From the NCBI GenBank assembly GCA_015661135.1, contig JACVXW010000039.1:1-34804 (forward strand): a stretch of 34,804 bases of DNA, read 5' to 3'. Made by a program: the position numbers and the translations under genes. This document shows, piece after piece, positions 20,664 through 28,665 of this stretch. Each line of letters starts with the position of its first letter. Position 1 is the stretch's first letter. Under the pieces are notes generated by a model that ran no database searches, was not told the DNA's origin, and saw only the letters and a program-made list of their open reading frames with translations. The DNA comes from Chloroflexota bacterium (GTDB taxonomy: Bacteria; Chloroflexota; Limnocylindria; Limnocylindrales; CSP1-4).

Positions 20664-21737
20664 CTACTTGACGCTGATCGTCCCGGTCATCTGCGGGATC
20701 GGGTGGACGGAGCAGATGAAGACGTAGTCGCCGGCCGCCAGGCCGTCGAAGCTGTAGGTCGCCGACTCGCCGCCGTTGACGACGGCCTGATCCTGGACGA
20801 CGGTCTTCTTGTCCGCGGCGCGGACGTCAACGTCATGAGCGACGCCGGGTACGTCGCGGTTGGAGAACGCGATCACGAATGCGGTGTTCGCCGGGACATT
20901 CAGGCGTGTCATGTCGAAGGCGATGTCCTTGGCCACGATCGCGAACGACGACCCGGTGGCTCCGCTGTCTTCGCTGGGCGCCGGGCTGCCGTCCGTGCCG
21001 CCGGTTGCCGTATCCCCACCCTTCGGCGGGATCACCCCGGTCTGGAGGAGGAGTGCGACCACGAAGAGTGCCGCCATGCCCTGGAAGAGCCGCCGGGGCC
21101 ACGCCGGCGCAGGGATGTTCTCGAGGTGGCCGGTCACATCCGCGGCCGCCGTCTTGACGTACTCCGCCTTGGCATCCACGAGCCAGCCGACCAGCGTGAC
21201 GACGAGGATGATCGCTCCGGCCGCGAGCAGCCAGCCCCCCGAAACCAGCCCGGCCATGAGGGCCGCAGTCCCAAGCGCACCGAGCAGCGGCCGGAAGGAT
21301 GGCCCCGGCATATGCACGCCGGGCGGTGGCCCGGCATGGATCACCGCCGGGAGGGAGCTCGCCGAGCCCGTCGCGTGGTCATAGTCGCGGATGGCCTCGC
21401 GGCCCCAGTACAGCAGTGTCAGGACCAGCAGGATCGCGCCGAGGATCAGGGCGTTGCCACCCACGACCAGCCCCCACAGGAGCGCCGCGGTGCCGCCGGC
21501 CGCCAGGATCGGGGCCGTCGAAGGGCCGGGCATGTGGAGGTGGTCCGGTGCCACCGGGGCCCGTCGCGCCGGCGCCCGCCGTGTGGGGCCGGCCGTGGCG
21601 AAGCTGCGGATGGTCAGGAGGAACCAGGCCGCGACGATGACGGCAAGGGCGATCGGGAGGAGCTCGATCAGCGCGGCCCAGTCAGGCGTGACGAAGGTCG
21701 CGAGCAGCGCCAGGATCGACTGCCAGAGCGCTTCCAT
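20664..21737 (-). CDS. membrane protein: two tandem CtaF-C-half-like modules (HMPGPS + 2 TM) fused to a C-terminal type-1 copper (cupredoxin) domain
   Basis: 357 aa. It has an N-terminal TM helix. Repeat 1 is ..LHMPGPSTAPILAAGGTAALLWGLV..LLYWGREA. Repeat 2 is ..VHMPGPSFRPLLGALGTAALMAGLV..LVGWLVDA. A further TM helix and a Gly/Thr/Ser linker follow. The cupredoxin has ligands GVAHDVDV ... FICSVHPIPQM (H, C-x2-H-x4-M). Confidence 0.7.
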   Translation of the reverse strand: MEALWQSILALLATFVTPDWAALIELLPIALAVIVAAWFLLTIRSFATAGPTRRAPARRAPVAPDHLHMPGPSTAPILAAGGTAALLWGLVVGGNALILGAILLVLTLLYWGREAIRDYDHATGSASSLPAVIHAGPPPGVHMPGPSFRPLLGALGTAALMAGLVSGGWLLAAGAIILVVTLVGWLVDAKAEYVKTAAADVTGHLENIPAPAWPRRLFQGMAALFVVALLLQTGVIPPKGGDTATGGTDGSPAPSEDSGATGSSFAIVAKDIAFDMTRLNVPANTAFVIAFSNRDVPGVAHDVDVRAADKKTVVQDQAVVNGGESATYSFDGLAAGDYVFICSVHPIPQMTGTISVK

Positions 21738-21753
21738 CCGACCCGAGCCGGCC

Positions 21754-21948
21754 TCAGTCCTTCGACGAACCGGCGATGAGGACGTAGGCCATGACCGCCA
21801 TCGCGATCCCGAGCGCCCCGAGCATCGTCACACCGGCCCACTCGATGTCATAGCCAAGCGGCACGGCCCCGAGTGCGTAAACGACCCCCAGGGCGAGGAA
21901 GATCAGGCCGACGACGACGACATTCCTCGGGTGGCCCATCGGATGCAT
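21754..21948 (-). CDS. small 2-TM oxidase subunit, resembles the N-terminal half of actinobacterial CtaF (subunit IV)
   Basis: 64 aa from ATG 21948, with GGAGGA 8 nt upstream. MHPMGHPRNVVVVGLIFLALGVVYALG..DIEWAGVTMLGALGIAMAVMAYVL resembles the ..VEWAGTTALALTGGMALIV.. part of mycobacterial CtaF as I recall it. Confidence 0.55.
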   Translation of the reverse strand: MHPMGHPRNVVVVGLIFLALGVVYALGAVPLGYDIEWAGVTMLGALGIAMAVMAYVLIAGSSKD

Positions 21949-21964
21949 CTGCGCGCTCCTCCGC

Positions 21965-22594
21965 CTACAGGAAGTACAGGATCGAGAAGAGGAGGATCCA
22001 GACGATGTCCACGAAGTGCCAGTACAGCGATGCCGCCTCGACCGCGTCATGGTGGCGGGCCGAGAACTGGCCGGACATGCCGCGGTAGAGGACGACCCCG
22101 AGCATGATCACGCCACCGAAGACGTGCGCGCCGTGGAAGCCCGTCAGGGTGTAGTACGTGGTGCCGAACTGGCCGGAACCGAGCGTCATCCCCTCGTCGA
22201 ATAGCAGGCTGTAGTCGTAGACCTGCATCAGCAGGAAGATCACGCCCAGCACGAAGGTCACGCCGATGTTGCGGATGAACCCTCGCCGATCGTTGCGCCG
22301 GATCGCCCAGATCGCCATCTGGCAGGTGAAGGAACTGGCGACCAGGATGACCGTCGCGACGAGAATCAGCGAGAACGGGTTGAGGATGTGCTCGAACTCG
22401 GTCGGCGGCCACGGCTTGTTGGCGGCCCGGGTGTTGAAGTAAGCCGCAAAGAGCCCCGCGAAGAACATCACCTCAGAGGTGAGGAAGAGGAGCATCCCGA
22501 GGATGGGATTGCTGATGCCGCCGCGGGCGTCGTGGGCAAGGCCGGCGATCGGCGTGTGTTCCGCGGTCGTGAGGGCGTGGCTGTCGGCGGTCAC
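21965..22594 (-). CDS. ctaE: cytochrome c oxidase subunit III
   Basis: 209 aa with typical Cox3 motifs: LFLTSEVMFFAGLFAAYF, YYTLTGFHGAHVFGG, LYWHFVDIVWILLF. GTG start, with GGGGAG upstream. Confidence 0.9.
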   Translation of the reverse strand: MTADSHALTTAEHTPIAGLAHDARGGISNPILGMLLFLTSEVMFFAGLFAAYFNTRAANKPWPPTEFEHILNPFSLILVATVILVASSFTCQMAIWAIRRNDRRGFIRNIGVTFVLGVIFLLMQVYDYSLLFDEGMTLGSGQFGTTYYTLTGFHGAHVFGGVIMLGVVLYRGMSGQFSARHHDAVEAASLYWHFVDIVWILLFSILYFL

Positions 22595-22610
22595 GGTCGT
22601 CGGCTCCCCA

Positions 22611-24242
22611 TCAGTGCGCGGTCTGCCCGTGGCGGGCGTCGAACAGCGGTCGCTCGGAGCGGATCTCCGGCAGGCTGTCGAAGTTGTAGGGCGGCGGGGG
22701 CGACGAGGTGGCCCACTCGAGCGTGTTGCCCTCCCACGGATCGTCGCCCGCGACCTTGCCGTTCCGGAGCGAGATGAAGACGTTCCACAGGAAGGGCAGC
22801 ATGGAGGCCGCGATCATGAACCCGCCGACGGTCGCCGCGATGTTCCATTCGTTCCAGCCAGCATCGCCGGCGTAGTCCGCGATCCGCCGCGGCATCCCGG
22901 CCAGGCCGAGCATGTGCATCGGGAAGAAGGTCAGGTTGAAGCCGACGAACATCAGGACGAACTGGATCTTGCCGAGACCCTCGTCCAGCATGCGGCCGGT
23001 CATCTTGGGGAACCAGTAGTAGATCCCGGCGAAGACGCCGAACACGGAACCCCCGAACAGGACGTAGTGGAGGTGGGCGACGACCCAGTACGTGTCGTGG
23101 AGGGCGAAGTCCACCGGGACCGCCGCACTGAAGGCGCCGTTGATCCCGCCGATGAGGAACATCGTCAGGAAGCCCAGGGCGAAGATCAGCGGGGTCGAGA
23201 ACGTCAGCTGCCCGCGGAACAGGGTGAAGACCCAGTTGAACATCTTGACCCCCGTCGGGATCGCGATCATGAACGTCAGCAAGGCAAAGAAGGGCAGGAA
23301 GACCGCGCCCGTGGTGAACATGTGGTGGGCCCAGACGGAGAAGCCGAGCGCCCCGATCCCGGCCGTCGCGAAGACGAAGGCCCGGTAGCCGAAGAGCGGC
23401 TTCCGACTGAAGACCGGCAGGACCTCGCTGATCACGCCCATCGCCGGCAGGACCATGACGTACACGGCGGGATGCGAGTAGAACCAGAAGATGTTCTGGT
23501 AGAGCACGGCGCTGCCGCCGGCGAACGGATCGAAGAAGTGGCCGCCCAGGTTGCGGTCGATGAACAGCATCACGAGCGCACTCGTGATGACCGGCGTGGC
23601 CATCAGGACGAGGACGCTGGTCACGAGGATCGTCCAGACCATGATCGGCATCCGGAAGAGGGTCATTCCCGGCGCCCGCATCTTGAAGATCGTCACGAGG
23701 AAGTTGATCGCGCCGAGAATCGAGCTGGTGCCGATGAGGATGAGCGACACGATCCAGAGGTCCTGACCGGATCCGGGCGAGTTGAGCGGCCCTTCCCCGG
23801 ACAACGGCGGGTACGAGGTCCAGCCGGCGGCCGCGGCCCCCCCCGTGAAGAAGCTGGAAATCAGCAGGATGCCGGCCAGCGGCAGCATCCAGAACGACAG
23901 GGCGTTGATCCGGGGAAAGGCCATGTCCGGTGCGCCGATCTGGAGCGGGACCGCGTAGTTTCCGAGCCCGGCCAGCATCGGGATGATGAACACGAAGATC
24001 ATCAGCGTGGCGTGCATCGTGAACATCTCGTTGTAGACGCGCTCGTCCGCGAGGAACTGGATGCCCGGCGTTGCCAGCTCCGTTCGGACGACGAGCGCGA
24101 GTACGCCGCCGACGAGGAAGAACAGCATCGAGTTGACGACGTACATGATCCCGATCTTCTTGTGATCGGTCGTCGCCAGCCACTCGTACAGCCCGCCACG
24201 GGCGTAGGTCGAGGCGGCGGGGTTGAGGGCGTGGGTCGCCAT
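22611..24242 (-). CDS. ctaD: cytochrome c oxidase subunit I (A-type haem-copper oxidase)
   Basis: 543 aa: TTDHKKIG, MAFPRINALSFW, WFYSHPAVYVMVLPAMG (CuB His-Tyr region), VWAHHMFT, HDTYWVVAHLHYVLFGG. Confidence 0.95.
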   Translation of the reverse strand: MATHALNPAASTYARGGLYEWLATTDHKKIGIMYVVNSMLFFLVGGVLALVVRTELATPGIQFLADERVYNEMFTMHATLMIFVFIIPMLAGLGNYAVPLQIGAPDMAFPRINALSFWMLPLAGILLISSFFTGGAAAAGWTSYPPLSGEGPLNSPGSGQDLWIVSLILIGTSSILGAINFLVTIFKMRAPGMTLFRMPIMVWTILVTSVLVLMATPVITSALVMLFIDRNLGGHFFDPFAGGSAVLYQNIFWFYSHPAVYVMVLPAMGVISEVLPVFSRKPLFGYRAFVFATAGIGALGFSVWAHHMFTTGAVFLPFFALLTFMIAIPTGVKMFNWVFTLFRGQLTFSTPLIFALGFLTMFLIGGINGAFSAAVPVDFALHDTYWVVAHLHYVLFGGSVFGVFAGIYYWFPKMTGRMLDEGLGKIQFVLMFVGFNLTFFPMHMLGLAGMPRRIADYAGDAGWNEWNIAATVGGFMIAASMLPFLWNVFISLRNGKVAGDDPWEGNTLEWATSSPPPPYNFDSLPEIRSERPLFDARHGQTAH

Positions 24243-24252
24243 TCCGCGCTCC

Positions 24253-25323
24253 TTACTTGACCGTCAGGGTGCCGGTCATGTTCGAATGGATCGAGCAGAA
24301 GAAGGTGTAGGTGCCGGCCTGCATCGGCTCGTAGCTGTAGTTCGTGCTGGTACCGCCATCGATCGTATCCTTGGCCGCCAGCACCGCCCCGCCGCCGTCG
24401 CGGATGTCCACGTCGTGGGTGATGCCGGGCGGGGCCGGGACCTCCAGCGCTGCGGTGTCGAACTTGACGCCCTCGGCCGTCACGTTCAGGACGGTTCCGC
24501 TCGGGAGCGGCTCGGGCGTCGCGTTGCTCTTCTCGATGAGGCCCTGCAGCCACGCGTCGTAGTCCGCCGGCGTGAGCGCGATCACGGACAAGAGCATGGC
24601 GCGGTGCCCGATGCCGCACAGCTCGGCGCACTGGCCGCGGAAGACCTGCCCAGCCTCGGACGGTTCCACGGTGAACTCGAACCTGTTGGTCTGGCCCGGC
24701 ACGACGTCCCGCTTGAACAGGAACCTCGGGACGTAGAAGGCGTGAATGACGTCCGGGCTGTCCAGCGTGACCTGGACGGATCGGCCCACGGGGACGGCCA
24801 TCCCGCCGGCGCCGGTGTTCGTGTCGTAGGCCGGCGCGAGCTGGGTTGCGACCTTGGTTCCGTTGGCATCGAGGTACTCGAACTGCCATTGGAACTGGCC
24901 GGCTATCGCGTGGATCCGGATGTCCGGCTTGGCGCTGATGGCGTCCACCCGGCTGAGCGACTGCCATGAGATCACGAACAGGAACAGGACGATGGCCGTG
25001 GGGACGACCGTCCAGACGATCTCCGCGACGTTGTTGCCATGGGTCTGGGCCGGCAGCTCGATGTCGCCGGGCCGTCGCCGATAGCGGATGACGCTCCAGA
25101 CGATCAGGCCCTCGACGAGGAGGAAGATTCCGATGGCAAGCGCAAAGACGATGTCGTAGAGCCCGCGGATATCGCGACCTTGCGTTGTCGCGGCTGCCGG
25201 CGGATAGAGCGAGTTTCCCGCGCCGGTCAGGAAGACGGCGACCACGAGCGCCACCAGGATGGCGACGACCGCGCCCGCGACGAGCGCGTCGGACGCGGGC
25301 CGCTTCCTGGGGGTACTCGACAT
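24253..25323 (-). CDS. ctaC: cytochrome c oxidase subunit II with a C-terminal type-1 copper (cupredoxin) domain
   Basis: 356 aa from ATG 25323, with GAGGA 7 nt upstream. It has two TM helices. The CuA site is DVIHAF...CAELCGIGHRAM. An extra ~85-aa domain then has ligands ITHDVDI ... FFCSIHSNM (H, C-x2-H-x2-M). There is no CxxCH. The N-terminal part of the 548-aa ORF is Arg/Gly-rich read-through. Confidence 0.88.
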   Translation of the reverse strand: MSSTPRKRPASDALVAGAVVAILVALVVAVFLTGAGNSLYPPAAATTQGRDIRGLYDIVFALAIGIFLLVEGLIVWSVIRYRRRPGDIELPAQTHGNNVAEIVWTVVPTAIVLFLFVISWQSLSRVDAISAKPDIRIHAIAGQFQWQFEYLDANGTKVATQLAPAYDTNTGAGGMAVPVGRSVQVTLDSPDVIHAFYVPRFLFKRDVVPGQTNRFEFTVEPSEAGQVFRGQCAELCGIGHRAMLLSVIALTPADYDAWLQGLIEKSNATPEPLPSGTVLNVTAEGVKFDTAALEVPAPPGITHDVDIRDGGGAVLAAKDTIDGGTSTNYSYEPMQAGTYTFFCSIHSNMTGTLTVK

Positions 25324-25479
25324 CGGGTGTCCTCGGAGTGGTCGGTAGTGGCGAAGCCGGCGGTGGTGGGACGACCCCTCCGGCGAGACGCGAACGCGGC
25401 CCGCCGCGAGGACAGGCCGAGGGCATGATACCCGAGGCCCACCGGTCCGCGCGGCCCGTCGCCCGTCCCACGCAGCACA

Positions 25480-25494
25480 TGGACTGCCAGTCCA
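25480..25494. promoter_or_regulatory. 15-bp perfect palindrome TGGACTG-C-CAGTCCA in the ctaC/ctaG divergent spacer (candidate operator)
   Basis: Read directly. It lies 40 nt upstream of the ctaG GTG and 157 nt upstream of the ctaC ATG. Confidence 0.3.
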
Positions 25495-25533
25495 CGCGGC
25501 ACCCAGCGGGACCGCTCGTGGGACGATGACGCC

Positions 25534-26595
25534 GTGCATCTCGTCCGATGGTCGCCGAGCGCCGGCCGCATCGCCGTCCTGACTCTCACCGCCACCGTCC
25601 CGGCCACCCTGGCCGCCGGCCCCGTGGCGGCCCACGGAGGCGTGCCCCTCGATCCACCAAGCGCATACGTCCTGCTGCTCGGCTGGAGCTTCGAACCCCT
25701 GGTGCTCCTGCCGCTCCTCGCCGCCCTTGTCGGCTGGTGGCGGCTCGTGCGCGTCGTGGACCGGGAGCACCCGGACCGACCCGTACCGGCCCTCCAGCGC
25801 TGGGCGTTCCCGGCCGGGCTGCTGGCAATCGCCGTTGCCCTGCTCTCCGGAGTCGCCGCCTACGACACGACCCTCTTCTCGGTCCACATGGGCCAGCACC
25901 TGCTCCTGTCCATGGTCGCGCCGCCGCTCCTTGCGCTCGGGGCGCCGATCACCCAGCTCCTGCGCGCCGCGCCGTCTTCATCGCGGATGGGCTGGATCCT
26001 GCCGGCCCTCCACTCGCGGCCGGCACGGATCCTCGGCCATCCGGTGATCGCATGGCTCGTCTTCAGCGCGGTCATGTGGGGCACCCACTTCTCGCCGCTG
26101 TTCGATCAATCGCTGGAGGATCCCCTCGTCCACGACCTGGAGCACGGCCTGTTCCTGGGAGCCGGGTTGCTCTTCTGGTGGCCGGTGGTGGGCCTTGACC
26201 CGGCGCCGCATCGGATGAAGCATCCGGCGCGCCTGCTGTACCTGTTCCTGCAGATGCCGCAGAACTCGTTCCTCGCCATGGCCATCCTGTTCGCCGGTGC
26301 CCCGCTCTATCCGCACTACGCGTCGCTTGGATCGCCGTACGGCATCTCGGCGCTGGCAGACCAGCAGGTCGCCGCGGGCCTGATGTGGTTCGTGGGCGAC
26401 GTGCTGTTCCTGGTTGCCCTGCTCGCCGTGCTCGCCGGCTGGATGCGCAGCGAGGACCGGGGCTCGGCAGCCGCGGACCGTCGCGCCGACCCGGAGCGCG
26501 CGGCGATTCGCGGACGCGAGGCCGCTCTGCGCCGGCGAAGGGACGGTGAGAGCGAGGCTCAGCCGGGAACAGGCGAGGTCAGCAACTCCCGGTAG
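25534..26595 (+). CDS. ctaG: cytochrome c oxidase assembly factor CtaG (caa3_CtaG family membrane protein)
   Basis: 353 aa, polytopic. The signature region is TLFSVHMGQHLLLSMVAPPLLALGAPIT, with ..HDLEHGLFLGAGLLFWWPVVG.. and ..DQQVAAGLMW.. GTG start at 25534. Confidence 0.8.
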   Translation: MHLVRWSPSAGRIAVLTLTATVPATLAAGPVAAHGGVPLDPPSAYVLLLGWSFEPLVLLPLLAALVGWWRLVRVVDREHPDRPVPALQRWAFPAGLLAIAVALLSGVAAYDTTLFSVHMGQHLLLSMVAPPLLALGAPITQLLRAAPSSSRMGWILPALHSRPARILGHPVIAWLVFSAVMWGTHFSPLFDQSLEDPLVHDLEHGLFLGAGLLFWWPVVGLDPAPHRMKHPARLLYLFLQMPQNSFLAMAILFAGAPLYPHYASLGSPYGISALADQQVAAGLMWFVGDVLFLVALLAVLAGWMRSEDRGSAAADRRADPERAAIRGREAALRRRRDGESEAQPGTGEVSNSR

Positions 26596-27483
26596 CGGTC
26601 CGGGTCCACGTTCCCTCCGCTCACGACGGCGACAACGGTGCCGTGAAGGGCGCCCAACCCGAGTTCGCGCGCCCGGAACCGGGCGGCCGCGATCGACAGG
26701 GCGCCGGACGGCTCCACGACGAGCCGGCTCTCCTCGGCTGCGAGCCGGACGGCGGCCGCGATCTCCAATGGCCTGCGTGCGCGTTCCGTCGGAGATTGTC
26801 CGGGCAGTCAGCGCACCGTCCCACCGGACGATCCGGCCCTCACGCATGGAGTCGGCGGCGTCCGCCGCCAGCTCGGGCTCCACCCCAACGACCCGCGCCT
26901 GCGGTCGGAGTGCCTTCACCGCCGCGGCGACGCCGCTGGCGAGCCCTCCGCCCCCGATCGGGACGAGGACGAGTGCCAGGTCCTCCACGTCCTCCGCGAT
27001 CTCGAGCCCGCAGGTGCCCTGGCCGGCGATGACCCGGTCGTCGTCATACGGCGGCACGGGAACCAGGCCCCGCTCGAGGGCCAGTCGATCCGCCATGGCC
27101 TCCCGCAGGCCGCTCTCCACGCCGACGGTCACGATCTCGGCCCCATCCGCCTCCACGCGGGCGCGCTTGATCGCCGGCGCGTCGGACGGCATGACCAGCA
27201 CGGCATGGGTCCCGAGCAGCCGCGCGGCCCTCGCCACGCCCTGGGCGTGGTTGCCGGACGAGTGAGCGACGACGCCACGACGGCGCTCTTCCGGGGTGAA
27301 CTGGGCGATCGCGTTGTACGCGCCGCGGATCTTGAACGCGCCAATGGGCTGGAGGGACTCTGCCTTGAGCAGGATCCGCGGCGGGCCGGCCGAGAACGGC
27401 ACGAGCGGACTGCGAATGGCCACGCCGCGGAGTCGTTCGGCCGCTGCGCGGATCAACTCGATCCCGACGAGCGGCTTCGTCAC
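26559..27483 (-). pseudogene. PLP-dependent serine/threonine dehydratase (serine-racemase-like), interrupted by an internal deletion plus frameshift near 26768
   Basis: The GTG 27483 start overlaps the DksA-like stop (GTGA). Motifs are LKAESLQPIGAFKIRGAYN (PLP Lys), HSSGNHAQG, PIGGGGLASG and GVEPE..TISDGTRTQAIG. The C-terminal part LEIAAAVRLAAEESRLVVEPSGALSIAAA..VVSGGNVD..* is in another frame (26768-26559). About 20 codons between them are missing. Confidence 0.8.
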
Positions 27484-27818
27484 CGCGGCGCCGCCCGGGC
27501 GCAGTCGATGCAGGTGGCGGCCCACGGGATCGCCTCGAGCCGCTCGGTCGCTATCGGGAGGCCGCAGGTCACGCACCGCCCGAAGCTCCCGGCGTCGATC
27601 CGGCCGAGGGCTTCCAGGACGCGCCGCAACTGGACCTTCTCATGGTCCCGGAGGGCGAGGTCCCGTTGCTGGGCGAAGACCTGGCTCGCGGCGGAGGCCT
27701 GGGAGCCGTAGGTCATCTGGCCGGGTGCCTCGATCGGCTCACCCAGCTCTGCGCGCAGCCGCCTCGCCTCCGCCTCGAGGGCAGTACGTGCAGCGGTCAG
27801 GTCGAGCGGCGCGGACAC
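27480..27818 (-). CDS. DksA/TraR-family C4 zinc-finger protein
   Basis: 112 aa: a coiled-coil N-terminus, then the zinc finger GRCVTCGLPI...ATCIDCA (CxxC-N17-CxxC). Confidence 0.8.
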   Translation of the reverse strand: MSAPLDLTAARTALEAEARRLRAELGEPIEAPGQMTYGSQASAASQVFAQQRDLALRDHEKVQLRRVLEALGRIDAGSFGRCVTCGLPIATERLEAIPWAATCIDCARAAPR

Positions 27819-27849
27819 GGCTTGATCGTACGTGTGCCAGGTGCCGGCG

Positions 27850-28653
27850 TCAGCGTGAAACGCCGGCCGCCGCCCCGCCCGAGATCCGCTGCGCCAGGTA
27901 GACCGGGATGATCGAGAAGGTCACGAGGACGAGCGCCACCACGTTGACGACGGGCAGTTCCGTGGGTCGCTGGATGGCGGCCAGGATCCACATCGGGATC
28001 GTCTGCGTGCCGGCGCCGGCGGTGAAGTTCGTGACGATGATCTCGTCGAACGACAGGGCGAACGCCAGCAGCCCGCCGGACAGGAGCGCCGTCCCGAGGC
28101 CGGGGAAGGTGATCCGCCGGAACGTGGTCCACATGTCGGCACCCAGGTCCGCCGAGGCCTCCTCGGGCGACCTGGGCAGGCGCCGCAGGCGGGCAACGAC
28201 GTTGTTGTAGACGATCACGACGCAGAACGTGGCGTGCCCGACGACGATCGTGAAGAGCCCGAAGTCGATCCCGAACGTCACGAACGATGTCCGGAGCGCG
28301 ATGCCCGTCACGACGCCCGGCAGGGCGATCGGGAGGACGAGGAAGAACGAGATCGTCTGGCGCCCGAAGAAGCTGTAGCGGTGGACGGCGATCGCGGCCA
28401 GCGTCCCGAGGATCAGCGCCAGAACAGTCGCGAGCGCGCCCACGATCAGCGAGTTCACGACCGCCACCGAGATGGCCGGATTGTTGGCGGCCTCGGCAAA
28501 CCAGCCGAGCGTGAATCCCGTCGGCGGCCAGACGAGCAGGCGGCTGGGGTTGAAGGCGTAGATGGCCAGGATGACGAGCGGCAGGTACAGGAAGGTCATG
28601 ACGAACACGCTCACCACGCGCAGCGCGATCCGGACGGCGCGCGACTCAACCAT
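27850..28653 (-). CDS. ABC importer permease (PotC-like)
   Basis: 267 aa, 6 TM, with the EAA loop ..SPEEASADLGADMWTTFRRITFP.. Confidence 0.85.
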   Translation of the reverse strand: MVESRAVRIALRVVSVFVMTFLYLPLVILAIYAFNPSRLLVWPPTGFTLGWFAEAANNPAISVAVVNSLIVGALATVLALILGTLAAIAVHRYSFFGRQTISFFLVLPIALPGVVTGIALRTSFVTFGIDFGLFTIVVGHATFCVVIVYNNVVARLRRLPRSPEEASADLGADMWTTFRRITFPGLGTALLSGGLLAFALSFDEIIVTNFTAGAGTQTIPMWILAAIQRPTELPVVNVVALVLVTFSIIPVYLAQRISGGAAAGVSR

Positions 28654-28665
28654 CGAGCGCCTCGT

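Noticed and set aside
25324-25899. N-terminal extension of ctaC (the 548-aa ORF).
   Set aside because: The extension is Arg/Gly/Asp-rich nonsense running antisense into ctaG. ATG 25323 has a good SD and gives a normal CoxII N-terminus with two TM helices.
25978-26760. C-terminal 250 aa of the 532-aa ORF 25978-27576.
   Set aside because: This is out-of-frame read-through after the dehydratase lesion, antisense to ctaG. The real C-terminus is the 26768-26559 frame.
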